DNA from: Candidatus Gottesmanbacteria bacterium
GTDB taxonomy: Bacteria; Patescibacteriota; Microgenomatia; UBA10105; UBA927
Direction of reading: 5' to 3'
NCBI GenBank assembly: GCA_963714095.1
Contig: OY970230.1
Coordinates: 198,206 to 262,205 of the forward strand
DNA: 64,000 nucleotides
Each line of letters starts with the position of its first letter. Position 1 is the first letter of the stretch. A program made the position numbers and the translations under genes. Below, piece by piece: positions 18,327 to 26,983 of this stretch. The notes beneath the pieces are model-generated. The model saw only the letters and a list, made by a program, of their open reading frames with translations, was not told the DNA's origin and searched no databases.

Positions 18327-19940
18327 TCATTTTTCAGGTAAATAATACAAAAACTCCTGTGCTTTTGCCCGTTGCTGTTGTGTTAACCCTGATACTAAAG
18401 ACTTTTTTATATAGAGACATGTAGGTTTTCCTTCCGAATACCACTGTGCATAGAAAGGTAAAAATTGGGACGGAAAACGCGGATGAACCGGTGCGTCCGG
18501 AGTGCAAAAATCATACAGGATATCCGGCGGATCATGGGTAAACATATCGATCATGGCGTTATAATATTTATCTTTAAATCGGATCGGGTAGTAAAACGAA
18601 TATGAATAAGAAGAACTCCTGCCTGATGCGACATACAAAAACTCATCCGCTCCGTTGGTAAAAAGCGTTTGCTGAGGCACAGTTACTGCTTTAATAACTT
18701 CACTTATCTGCAAATAATTCCCGTAATTGGTGATAAACTCCGTCTGCTCGTCAACGTGCTGGTAGATGAAAGATCGCGGAGAAAATAACACGTAGGCAAC
18801 TAAGCACCCTATGATAATAAAAAATATGTATCGTTTACGGACTACCCAAAGCATTTCATAAAAAAGATACAACGACGAAAACAGGAAAATACCATACCAG
18901 TTTATTTCGTGAAACGCTTCAAAATATTGCAAACCCGGAATTGCAGGCCGGAGATTTGCCAAACCCAAAACAATAAAAAGGAATCCCAATACCCACATGT
19001 TTTTCTTTGTTTTCAGCCACAGAAAAACAGAAAAACCAAAAACGACAGTCAAACATATCAATTGAATACGAAAATCATTCCACCTTCCGGCAATAAGAAT
19101 ATAGAGGGGGTAAAAAAATGACTTAACGACGCCGGTACCGAAAAAATGACCCGCTTGCAGCTCGCTGGGTAATCCTGTCTGTAAATTCAGGGTAATAACA
19201 TTATAAACAAAATCACGGACAGGAAACAATATGAATAATCCCGCGGTTAAAATAAAAAATATAGCGAGGGCGATTTTACCGACATTTTTGAAAAACACAG
19301 GGCGGATAATAATGCCAAAAAGAAATATCGCTACCAACACGTACGGTTCTCGCATAAACACAACAAACCATAGACACAGGGCTGTTAAAACGATCTCCCA
19401 ATGGAACACAGGTTTCTTGCGGAGCGTATGCAATCCCAAACCGGTTAGGTACACGAGGGGATATACGATAAAACCTTCAGCCAGAAACCTATCACCAAAA
19501 ACATAAAATTTTGAAAATTCATATAAGAGTGTATATGCAAATCCGGTTATTCCGAACCTCCAACAGATAAAAACGTCAAAAACAAATCCAAACACTAATA
19601 AAAACTGCCGGTGTTGCAATAACAATGCATATATATTAACCGGATGCCCATAGTGCTGAATAACCAAACTAAGATATGCCATAAGCGGCATGTGGTTAAA
19701 GTAAATTTGTGAATACAGTTGCTTGCCCTTCCCAATAAAATATCCGCCAACATAGTTAAAACAGTCATCGAAACAACCAAACGCATTAATTTTCGGAATA
19801 TAGATCTTATAAAGAAAATAATACACAGGGATAAGAAGAATAAACCAGATCGTCAGGCGTACTAACGGATGTGATAAAACGGCGTTCCATGCAAAAGCAT
19901 TATTCTTTTTTTGCATAAGGATCAGGGGAATAACCATCAC
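18327..19940 (-). CDS. polytopic membrane protein, possible GT-C-like glycosyltransferase or polymerase
   Basis: More than 10 hydrophobic segments. The first loop has an acidic cluster, FGCFDDCFNYVGGYF. Soluble C-terminal ~130 aa. An alternative start at the ATG at 19916 would shorten the overlap with galE. Confidence 0.5.
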   Translation of the reverse strand: MMVIPLILMQKKNNAFAWNAVLSHPLVRLTIWFILLIPVYYFLYKIYIPKINAFGCFDDCFNYVGGYFIGKGKQLYSQIYFNHMPLMAYLSLVIQHYGHPVNIYALLLQHRQFLLVFGFVFDVFICWRFGITGFAYTLLYEFSKFYVFGDRFLAEGFIVYPLVYLTGLGLHTLRKKPVFHWEIVLTALCLWFVVFMREPYVLVAIFLFGIIIRPVFFKNVGKIALAIFFILTAGLFILFPVRDFVYNVITLNLQTGLPSELQAGHFFGTGVVKSFFYPLYILIAGRWNDFRIQLICLTVVFGFSVFLWLKTKKNMWVLGFLFIVLGLANLRPAIPGLQYFEAFHEINWYGIFLFSSLYLFYEMLWVVRKRYIFFIIIGCLVAYVLFSPRSFIYQHVDEQTEFITNYGNYLQISEVIKAVTVPQQTLFTNGADEFLYVASGRSSSYSYSFYYPIRFKDKYYNAMIDMFTHDPPDILYDFCTPDAPVHPRFPSQFLPFYAQWYSEGKPTCLYIKKSLVSGLTQQQRAKAQEFLYYLPEK

Positions 19941-20910
19941 GATGATTTTTATGCCATTTCCAGGCAGATGAAACGATAGTTTCTATATCTGAGTATTTTG
20001 GCCGCCAGCCGAATTCTTTCTTAAAATGTGTGGAGTCTGCAACGAGACTGTGCGGATCACCCGCCCGCCGCGGTGCCTCCCGCACGGCAAAATCTACCCC
20101 GGTCACCTTTTTAACCTCCGCGACAACTTCCTTATTTGTCATCCCATCCCCTGTTGCGAGGTTATATACGTCGGTTTTATGACCATGAGTTAATGCGTCC
20201 AGCGCCAATAAATGCGCCTCCGCAAGGTCCTCAATATGAATGTAGTCCCGCAGACACGACCCGTCGCGCGTCGGATAATCAGTTCCATACAGCAAAAATT
20301 CTTTCTGCTTTCCCATAGCCACACGGATCGCAACCGGAATAATATGTGTTTCAGGGAGATGATCTTCGCCGTTATCACCGCCCAGCGCTGCACCGCATGC
20401 ATTAAAATACCGGAGACTGATACTTCTTATATGATGCTGATAATCCGTCACGCGTAATAGCTCCTCGAAACACCATTTCGACAGCCCGTACGGGCTCGTG
20501 GGATTTTTTGCATGACTCTCCGGTATCGGAATAATTGTCGGATTTCCGTAGACGGCGGCAGTGGAAGAAAAAATAATTGTATCAACCCCATGCTCCTGCA
20601 TCACAGCGAGGAGTGTCATGGGCGCAATAATATTATTTTTCATGTATTTAATAGGATCCCGGACGGATTCTTCCACCATGAGGTATCCGGCAAAATGGAT
20701 GACTGCTTCAATCGAATATTTTGAAAAAATCGGCTCGAGCGTTGCTTTATCTTTAATATTACCCACGATAAGAGGCACCGTGGCCGGTAACGCCTGCCTG
20801 TGGCCGTATTCGAGGGAATCCACGACGATCGGGTGGTAGCCCCGCGCAACAAGCATCCGCACCATATTGCTTCCGATATAGCCGGCGCCTCCGGTAACAA
20901 GCACGTTCAT
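19900..20910 (-). CDS. galE: UDP-glucose 4-epimerase family (GalE)
   Basis: MNVLVTGGAGYIGSNMV, SSTAAVYG and PYGLSKWCFEELL (YxxxK) give a canonical GalE layout. Length 336 aa. Confidence 0.88.
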   Translation of the reverse strand: MNVLVTGGAGYIGSNMVRMLVARGYHPIVVDSLEYGHRQALPATVPLIVGNIKDKATLEPIFSKYSIEAVIHFAGYLMVEESVRDPIKYMKNNIIAPMTLLAVMQEHGVDTIIFSSTAAVYGNPTIIPIPESHAKNPTSPYGLSKWCFEELLRVTDYQHHIRSISLRYFNACGAALGGDNGEDHLPETHIIPVAIRVAMGKQKEFLLYGTDYPTRDGSCLRDYIHIEDLAEAHLLALDALTHGHKTDVYNLATGDGMTNKEVVAEVKKVTGVDFAVREAPRRAGDPHSLVADSTHFKKEFGWRPKYSDIETIVSSAWKWHKNHRDGYSPDPYAKKE

Positions 20911-20914
20911 TCCT

Positions 20915-21136
20915 CTATTTTACTTTATTGGGCCGCAGGAGGGAAATCAGAAGGAAAGAGAGCGTGAACGCAGCACCATACCAAGTCAGACGCTCGGCGG
21001 TAAAAAAAGTCCACGTAGCAAATAACGGAATCGCCAAAACCCAGCTTGCGAGGCCGGCAAACAGAAATAACCGGGGCTTTCTAATTAAAAGTAATACGAC
21101 AAATACCAGAAAAAATCCTATATCCTGCGGCTTCAT
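20915..21136 (-). CDS. small hydrophobic membrane protein (73 aa, 2-3 TM)
   Basis: Almost entirely hydrophobic (FFLVFVVLLLI, LFLFAGLASWVLAIPLFATWTFF, AAFTLSFLLISLL). Tightly packed between the UXS-like gene and galE with a 4-nt overlap. Confidence 0.5.
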   Translation of the reverse strand: MKPQDIGFFLVFVVLLLIRKPRLFLFAGLASWVLAIPLFATWTFFTAERLTWYGAAFTLSFLLISLLRPNKVK

Positions 21137-22077
21137 TGTTTGTAATATGCAATCGTTTTATGTAACCCATCTTCGACGGTCACCTTTGGCGTCCATTGTA
21201 AACGGGTTTTTATCTTTGTTATATCCGGCTTACGCTGGGTCGGATCATCCTCCGGCAATGCTTCAAAAGTAATGGGGGACGCCGATCCTGTCAGCACCTT
21301 AATTTTTTGAGCAAGATCTTTAACCGTGTACTCTTCCGGATTTCCCAGATTAAATACTTCACCTTTGAGGTTGTCGGCGAGCATAACCGCCAGAATTCCG
21401 GATACGAGATCCGAAACGTAACAAAATGACCGGGTCTGTGAACCGCTCCCAAATACCGTCAACGGTTTTTCTTCAAGGGCCTGGTTAATAAAATTTGAAA
21501 CCACACGACCATCATCTTTGCGCATCCTCGGGCCGTAGGTGTTGAATATGCGGATAATACGGGCATCAAGGCCGTATTTCCGAACATAAACCATTGTGAT
21601 TGCCTCTGCAAACCGCTTGGATTCATCGTAACATGCGCGGACTCCGTTAGGATTCACGTTCCCCCAATACAATTCTGTCTGCGGATGCTCCTTTGGATCC
21701 CCGTATACTTCCGATGTGGATGCCTCTAAATATCGTGATGTATGATCCCGCGCAAACTGCAACATATGAATGGTCCCAACTGAGTTGACCAACGCAATTT
21801 CCTCGGAGAGTTTTTTAAAATCCATCGGCGAAGCCGGAGACGCAAGGTTAAAGACGTAATCAATGTGTCCTAGAATATCGGGAGCTGACTCGATAATATC
21901 GTGGCGCAAAAACGAGAAATTTGAGTTTTGTTTCGCCGATTCAATATTTTTTTCAGATCCTGTCAGAAGATTATCTATGCACAATACTTTGTGCCCGAGT
22001 CCCAGTAACGCATCACAAAGGTGCGATCCGATAAATCCTGCCCCGCCGCTAACTACGCTGGTTTTTTGATCTGTCAT
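21133..22077 (-). CDS. UDP-glucuronate decarboxylase (UDP-xylose synthase / ArnA C-domain-like SDR)
   Basis: VVSGGAGFIGSHLCDALL...IDNLLTGSEKNI...STSEVYGDP...YDESKRFAEA matches the UXS family pattern. I chose the start at the ATG at 22077 (MTDQKTSVV); the listed ORF extends to 22116. Confidence 0.82.
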   Translation of the reverse strand: MTDQKTSVVSGGAGFIGSHLCDALLGLGHKVLCIDNLLTGSEKNIESAKQNSNFSFLRHDIIESAPDILGHIDYVFNLASPASPMDFKKLSEEIALVNSVGTIHMLQFARDHTSRYLEASTSEVYGDPKEHPQTELYWGNVNPNGVRACYDESKRFAEAITMVYVRKYGLDARIIRIFNTYGPRMRKDDGRVVSNFINQALEEKPLTVFGSGSQTRSFCYVSDLVSGILAVMLADNLKGEVFNLGNPEEYTVKDLAQKIKVLTGSASPITFEALPEDDPTQRKPDITKIKTRLQWTPKVTVEDGLHKTIAYYKQ

Positions 22078-22081
22078 GCAT

Positions 22082-22792
22082 CTATTGTAGCATACGGATA
22101 CGGATGGCTCCTGCAAGCGACCGCAGGAGTTCTTTCACGTTTGCATTGGAAGCTCCATGTGTTCTGTCCCGGAAACTTATGGGGACTTCCGTTATTCGAA
22201 AACTGTTCTGCTTCAGTTTATATGCTATTTCCGACAGTACGATAAACCCGGTTTCATGAAGGTGCACGCGCACCAAAAATTCCGCTGCTTTTCGGGAGTA
22301 TAATCGGAAACCGTTGGTATAATCCGTTAAGTGCAACCCAAGCCATATGCTTAACAAGGCGTTAATTACTCTGCTTTGAATAAGTCGACGCCACGGCCAT
22401 TTTACAATATGGCTCTGTTTAAGATACCGCGAACCGATAACCAAATCTGCCCCGCGGCGTACGGCTAAAAACCGTCCGAACTCTGCCGGTGAATGCGCTA
22501 GATCTGCATCCATCTCAAAACAATATTGTATTTCCTTATGTTTGAGGGCTTCAGCTAATCCCCGAATGACGGCACTCCCTCTGCCCATTTTGTGCTCGCG
22601 GGAAATAAGAACCACGTTGGGAAAATCCCTTTGAAGCATTCCTGACAGTTGTATTACTTCGTTGGCAGGAGAGTCATCAACAACCACGATCAGAGCATCC
22701 GGGAGGTATTTTTCTATATCTTTTAATAAAATACTTAAATTTTTTTGTTCGTTATACGCCGGAATAATGACTGAAATACCTTGATTATTCAT
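22082..22792 (-). CDS. polyprenyl-phosphate glycosyltransferase, GT2 (DPM1/ArnC-like)
   Basis: ISVIIPAYNEQKNL...VVVDDSP...GRGSAVIRG...FEMDADLAHSP has the DPM1-type MDADLSH-like motif. Length 236 aa, no TM tail. Confidence 0.8.
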   Translation of the reverse strand: MNNQGISVIIPAYNEQKNLSILLKDIEKYLPDALIVVVDDSPANEVIQLSGMLQRDFPNVVLISREHKMGRGSAVIRGLAEALKHKEIQYCFEMDADLAHSPAEFGRFLAVRRGADLVIGSRYLKQSHIVKWPWRRLIQSRVINALLSIWLGLHLTDYTNGFRLYSRKAAEFLVRVHLHETGFIVLSEIAYKLKQNSFRITEVPISFRDRTHGASNANVKELLRSLAGAIRIRMLQ

Positions 22793-22813
22793 ATAAGTAT
22801 TTAATATTCACGG

Positions 22814-25096
22814 CTAATTTTTTTCAAATATTGCTATTTGTGCGTTATCGAATATCTTTGTCAGGTGTAACGACGTAATTTCATAATCGGAAATATCAGA
22901 GCCCAGATATCTGGGGATAACAATAAGTTTACTGTCGTAATCTGATATCTTAAGAACGTTATCTTCCGGTCTCATAACCATTTCCCACTTTTTGCCGGTT
23001 ATCGTTTGTCCTATACGGTAGTCAGTATATACAATCGGTTTTACTGCTTTATATATCGGCAGTATCGAATTATCTACCTGCTCTACATACAACACGCTCT
23101 TTTTTTGATTTTTAATAATTTGCAGCGCATGTATTTCATACGTTGTAAGGGCATACTTGCTCCTTGAATAAACAACAGTTACTGCAAGAGACAACAGAAT
23201 GAGGGGAGGGATAATACTGCATAACACTAACATATTCCTCGTTTTGTACTTCCGGAATATAACGATAGCAATCGTAACCAGCACAATTGCAAGAACAGCG
23301 AGGGATGCAAATACAGCCCCGTATGTTGTTTTATCGAGAGGAAAATACGGAACATGCATATACAGAAATACCATCAGCGCATAATAGGCCCAATACAGAT
23401 ATTTCTTTACCTTTCCTGAAGGTCTAACGATGAATACATAATGAAGGACAAACAGGATAAAAAACGGCAGAACTTTACTGACGTACACGGTGGTTAAAAC
23501 GGGAAAAAGATGTAAAGAAAAAAGAATGATAAGTGGTATTGTCTCTTTTTTGTCAAAAAGAAAGGTTACATTTTGTACTAAAAACGGAAACGCAATAAGG
23601 AGCGGAAGGAGTAATAATAAAAACTCATTCACTGATGTCCGGATATTTTTTCTGATGCAACAGATGACGGCGAAATAGAGAATGTAGAGGACACAGAGAA
23701 TCTGAAATGGGCTCATTCCCGGTTTTTCCTGATCAAACGAGAAACTTTTTCCGCCGCGACTCTCAGGGTACACCTGTACTCCCGTCGGAGTAAAATATGC
23801 AACTTTATCGTTTCCTGCATACAGCTCTACATCGTTTCCTTTTTCCTTCGTCGTAAGCTGGTCGCTCGTTTTTCTGATGAAAATACCCTGATCGGGAAAG
23901 GTCATTGAATCAATAATTTCCTGCTCATTTATTCTTAAGGTTGGCTGACTGTTCGGAAGGATATCGAAATCCTCCGGAATCTTATCTGCGTAATTCCTTA
24001 GATCAACGAAAGAAACAACGCCGTTTATTTTCTGCACCGTCGCCCGGTAGTTTTCCGACATATACCAGAATGACTGATTGTTTGAGTCGTAATCCGTTGA
24101 GAGAAAATGGGTTCTGCCTGCAAATACTTTCTTCTGCGCCAAAAACCGCTGGGCGTACTCCTGTGCCGGCACTATATCTACTTTGCCGGATGCCTGTATT
24201 TCCCTGGCTTTGGTGAGCATCGTTTTATACGATTGCTGAAATGTTTCGAGTGTTTCTCCGTTCTCCAGTCCCATCACGAAATTGCCGAATGGTTTCTGCA
24301 AAAAAATCGAGGCAAGGTAGTCGACGTACTCCGGTGTATATCCTCTCGCCGAATAATCCTGCAGACTATACAAAGGATCTGCATACCCTTTAAGGGGATC
24401 CCGTATCGCCCACTGCAGAATTACCACCTTTGTGCTTTCGGCAAACGATGCTGCCGGTATTCCCTCATTCCCTTTTGAAGGAAGATACGGAATATCCCAC
24501 GGAGTCCCCCAAATGGAATACGTATCCAAATTAAATTGGTCTGCCGCCCTCAGAGCTGCGGTGATCCCGTATTTTTCCTGCATATAAGAAAGCGAGTCTC
24601 CGCCGATCCACCAGGCGCCGACTGTCTTGGGATAATATCCGAAAATTTCCTTAAATTTAAAAAAGGCCGCGTCTATCAACTTTCGTCTTTCGCTCTGATC
24701 ATAGGAGCTTAATAATAATCCGTCGGAAAAGTACCATTCCCCCTGTCCCCGAAACTGAACGTTGGATTTCTGGGCATAATTCCTGTCAATCTCAAACAGC
24801 AATCCGAATTCCTGGCCCTTCATTTCCTGTTTGGCAAATTCGGTCATGTCTTTATTCTCCAAAGCTCCATATTGAAACAGCCACGTCGCATAAACACCGA
24901 CCTCACTCGTAACCTGCCACTGAGCTTTCAGGCTGGCAAGCAAATCATCAGACGCGTGTCCGAGTCCGTTCCCCCGGACAAGATTGATGACGGTAATTGC
25001 GGGACGTGAGGCACTATCCTGAGCTTCGGAATGACACGGGAAGCAGAAAAAGAAAACAATGATTAAAAAAGTAAACAGAACAATTCTTTTTATCAC
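22814..25096 (-). CDS. large membrane protein: signal/anchor, ~440-aa ectodomain, ~8 TM block, C-terminal domain; function unknown
   Basis: N-terminus IVLFTFLIIVFFFCFPCHSEA. The ectodomain has YPKTVGAWWIGGDSLSYMQEKYGI (faintly polysaccharide-deacetylase/NodB-like, unverified). Hydrophobic cluster at about residues 465-640. Confidence 0.5.
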   Translation of the reverse strand: MIKRIVLFTFLIIVFFFCFPCHSEAQDSASRPAITVINLVRGNGLGHASDDLLASLKAQWQVTSEVGVYATWLFQYGALENKDMTEFAKQEMKGQEFGLLFEIDRNYAQKSNVQFRGQGEWYFSDGLLLSSYDQSERRKLIDAAFFKFKEIFGYYPKTVGAWWIGGDSLSYMQEKYGITAALRAADQFNLDTYSIWGTPWDIPYLPSKGNEGIPAASFAESTKVVILQWAIRDPLKGYADPLYSLQDYSARGYTPEYVDYLASIFLQKPFGNFVMGLENGETLETFQQSYKTMLTKAREIQASGKVDIVPAQEYAQRFLAQKKVFAGRTHFLSTDYDSNNQSFWYMSENYRATVQKINGVVSFVDLRNYADKIPEDFDILPNSQPTLRINEQEIIDSMTFPDQGIFIRKTSDQLTTKEKGNDVELYAGNDKVAYFTPTGVQVYPESRGGKSFSFDQEKPGMSPFQILCVLYILYFAVICCIRKNIRTSVNEFLLLLLPLLIAFPFLVQNVTFLFDKKETIPLIILFSLHLFPVLTTVYVSKVLPFFILFVLHYVFIVRPSGKVKKYLYWAYYALMVFLYMHVPYFPLDKTTYGAVFASLAVLAIVLVTIAIVIFRKYKTRNMLVLCSIIPPLILLSLAVTVVYSRSKYALTTYEIHALQIIKNQKKSVLYVEQVDNSILPIYKAVKPIVYTDYRIGQTITGKKWEMVMRPEDNVLKISDYDSKLIVIPRYLGSDISDYEITSLHLTKIFDNAQIAIFEKN

Positions 25097-25120
25097 AATG
25101 AATTATTTTAAAACATACCC

Positions 25121-26980
25121 TTATTTCGCATCTATACGAAGTATCAGGTATTTCGTGTCTTCATAGACTGTTTCGTATGTTGCGGTAAGCAATTTTTCGT
25201 CAACGGCATACGGAAAATCGTTTTTCTTCCATCTCGGAATAAGGATATATGAGATATTACTTGCTTTGGCAGCCGAGATATCACCCTGGTACACCCTAGA
25301 AACAACAGGCGACCGGTCTACCCAGCCGACATTCCCGTAAAAACCGAAATAATTGGTCCTCCCTGCTAAAACTACCGGGTCTATGATGTCCGAATATGAC
25401 ACAAAAATCGCGTCTCGTTGTGTGTTTTTTTTAATCCAGGAAATAACCGCGGCTGTATCCTTATCTACCAGCGGATACGCGAACTCATTCTTTACGACCA
25501 TAAGGTCGATAGCACCTGATACCGTAAGGGTAAATAAAAGAGCGAGTGCAAGCAGTCTAAATCCGACTCTTTTCCGCCGCAAAAGCCAAACAATTCCGCA
25601 TGCGGCACTGATATTGACACCGATGATGAGAACTGACAGAAATTTCTGGTCAAATCCATGCTTCCCGTACGCCGCATACAGGCATAGAGCAGCAAAAAAC
25701 AGAAAGAACGGAGCGATGACACCTCTTCGTTGTTTAGGAATTACGAAAAAACCCGCAACTGCAACGAACGGCAATATGCCGAGATTTTCCCACAAATACT
25801 GAAAAATGTTCCATTGCGGTAACCGGCCCGTTCCCTGTAATGATAACCCCAGTGACCATACGCTTTTCCATACGGAAACAAACGGCAAAACTGACATCAC
25901 AACCGTTCCTAGTGCGCACACGGAAAACGTAACCGACTCACGCCATCGTCTCCTCAAAAGCATAAGAAGAACAATGATTGCTCCGACAAGTGCACTGACA
26001 GGTATGTTCCAAAAAAACATACCGCCGGTTAATACACCCAATACGGCGCCGTTGAAATTCGTTAACCGTTTATCATCGGACAGCTTGAGGAGACACATAA
26101 TCAGGAAAAGCCCGAGCGCAATACTAAAAGCCAGATGCCGCTGATTCACATAATTATTGAGCGTCATAAAAACGGAAATAACGGATCCGTCATACGGTCC
26201 GGCAAACGGGTACGCGGGAAGTCTCCAGGTGGTATGAAAAAATGCAAAGTTAAAACCTTTTTGGGGTATGAAATACCAAAACGTCAGCGTACTGTGCGTA
26301 ATTGTCAACAATACCGCAACCCATCCGGCGAGTTTCGTTTGTTTCAGAAATACTTGCGGCAAAAAATAAACAATTATGAGAAGTGACGCAAATGAAACTA
26401 TGCTGGGAATATTCATAGCCCATACGATCGGAACACCGAAATATTCCCAGAGAGCGACGAAAAAATAGAAAAGGAAATGATAAAAAAATGGCAGTCCAGA
26501 CTGAAACGGAGACATAAACGGAATATTATTTCCCCATGAAAATGACCGCACGATCCCGAGTGAATGCCCGAAATCAAACACGTTATTACTTCCGACAAAT
26601 AATGTTCCGCCTGTTCCTGCACGAAACGTTTTCATCATCAGCCACGAACTGAAAAGAACTGAAAAAAGGACGATAAGTACGTCACCAAATGTCAGGACAG
26701 ACGTTGAATTCGATTTTTTTATTTTCACAAAACGGCTTAAGATGAATACTACTGCGATAAAGAGAACCGTGCTCCAAAGAATCGATTCTCCGGTTTGCCT
26801 CAGTAAACTTGCCAATATATAGGTTGTCGGTACTCCGATACCGATGCCGACTATCATGGAACCGACAAACGCAAGCAATACAGGCATTCCGGAAAACCAT
26901 TTTTTTACGACGATCGAACCCAAAAACGTTAATGAAATAATGTAGAGAGCAAGAATGAGCAAATGGATACCCTGTTGCAT
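25121..26980 (-). CDS. polytopic membrane protein, GT-C-like (unassigned family)
   Basis: About 14 hydrophobic segments followed by a ~130-aa soluble C-terminal domain (ArnT/PMT-like overall layout). No family motif confidently recognised. Confidence 0.5.
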   Translation of the reverse strand: MQQGIHLLILALYIISLTFLGSIVVKKWFSGMPVLLAFVGSMIVGIGIGVPTTYILASLLRQTGESILWSTVLFIAVVFILSRFVKIKKSNSTSVLTFGDVLIVLFSVLFSSWLMMKTFRAGTGGTLFVGSNNVFDFGHSLGIVRSFSWGNNIPFMSPFQSGLPFFYHFLFYFFVALWEYFGVPIVWAMNIPSIVSFASLLIIVYFLPQVFLKQTKLAGWVAVLLTITHSTLTFWYFIPQKGFNFAFFHTTWRLPAYPFAGPYDGSVISVFMTLNNYVNQRHLAFSIALGLFLIMCLLKLSDDKRLTNFNGAVLGVLTGGMFFWNIPVSALVGAIIVLLMLLRRRWRESVTFSVCALGTVVMSVLPFVSVWKSVWSLGLSLQGTGRLPQWNIFQYLWENLGILPFVAVAGFFVIPKQRRGVIAPFFLFFAALCLYAAYGKHGFDQKFLSVLIIGVNISAACGIVWLLRRKRVGFRLLALALLFTLTVSGAIDLMVVKNEFAYPLVDKDTAAVISWIKKNTQRDAIFVSYSDIIDPVVLAGRTNYFGFYGNVGWVDRSPVVSRVYQGDISAAKASNISYILIPRWKKNDFPYAVDEKLLTATYETVYEDTKYLILRIDAK

Positions 26981-26983
26981 ATG

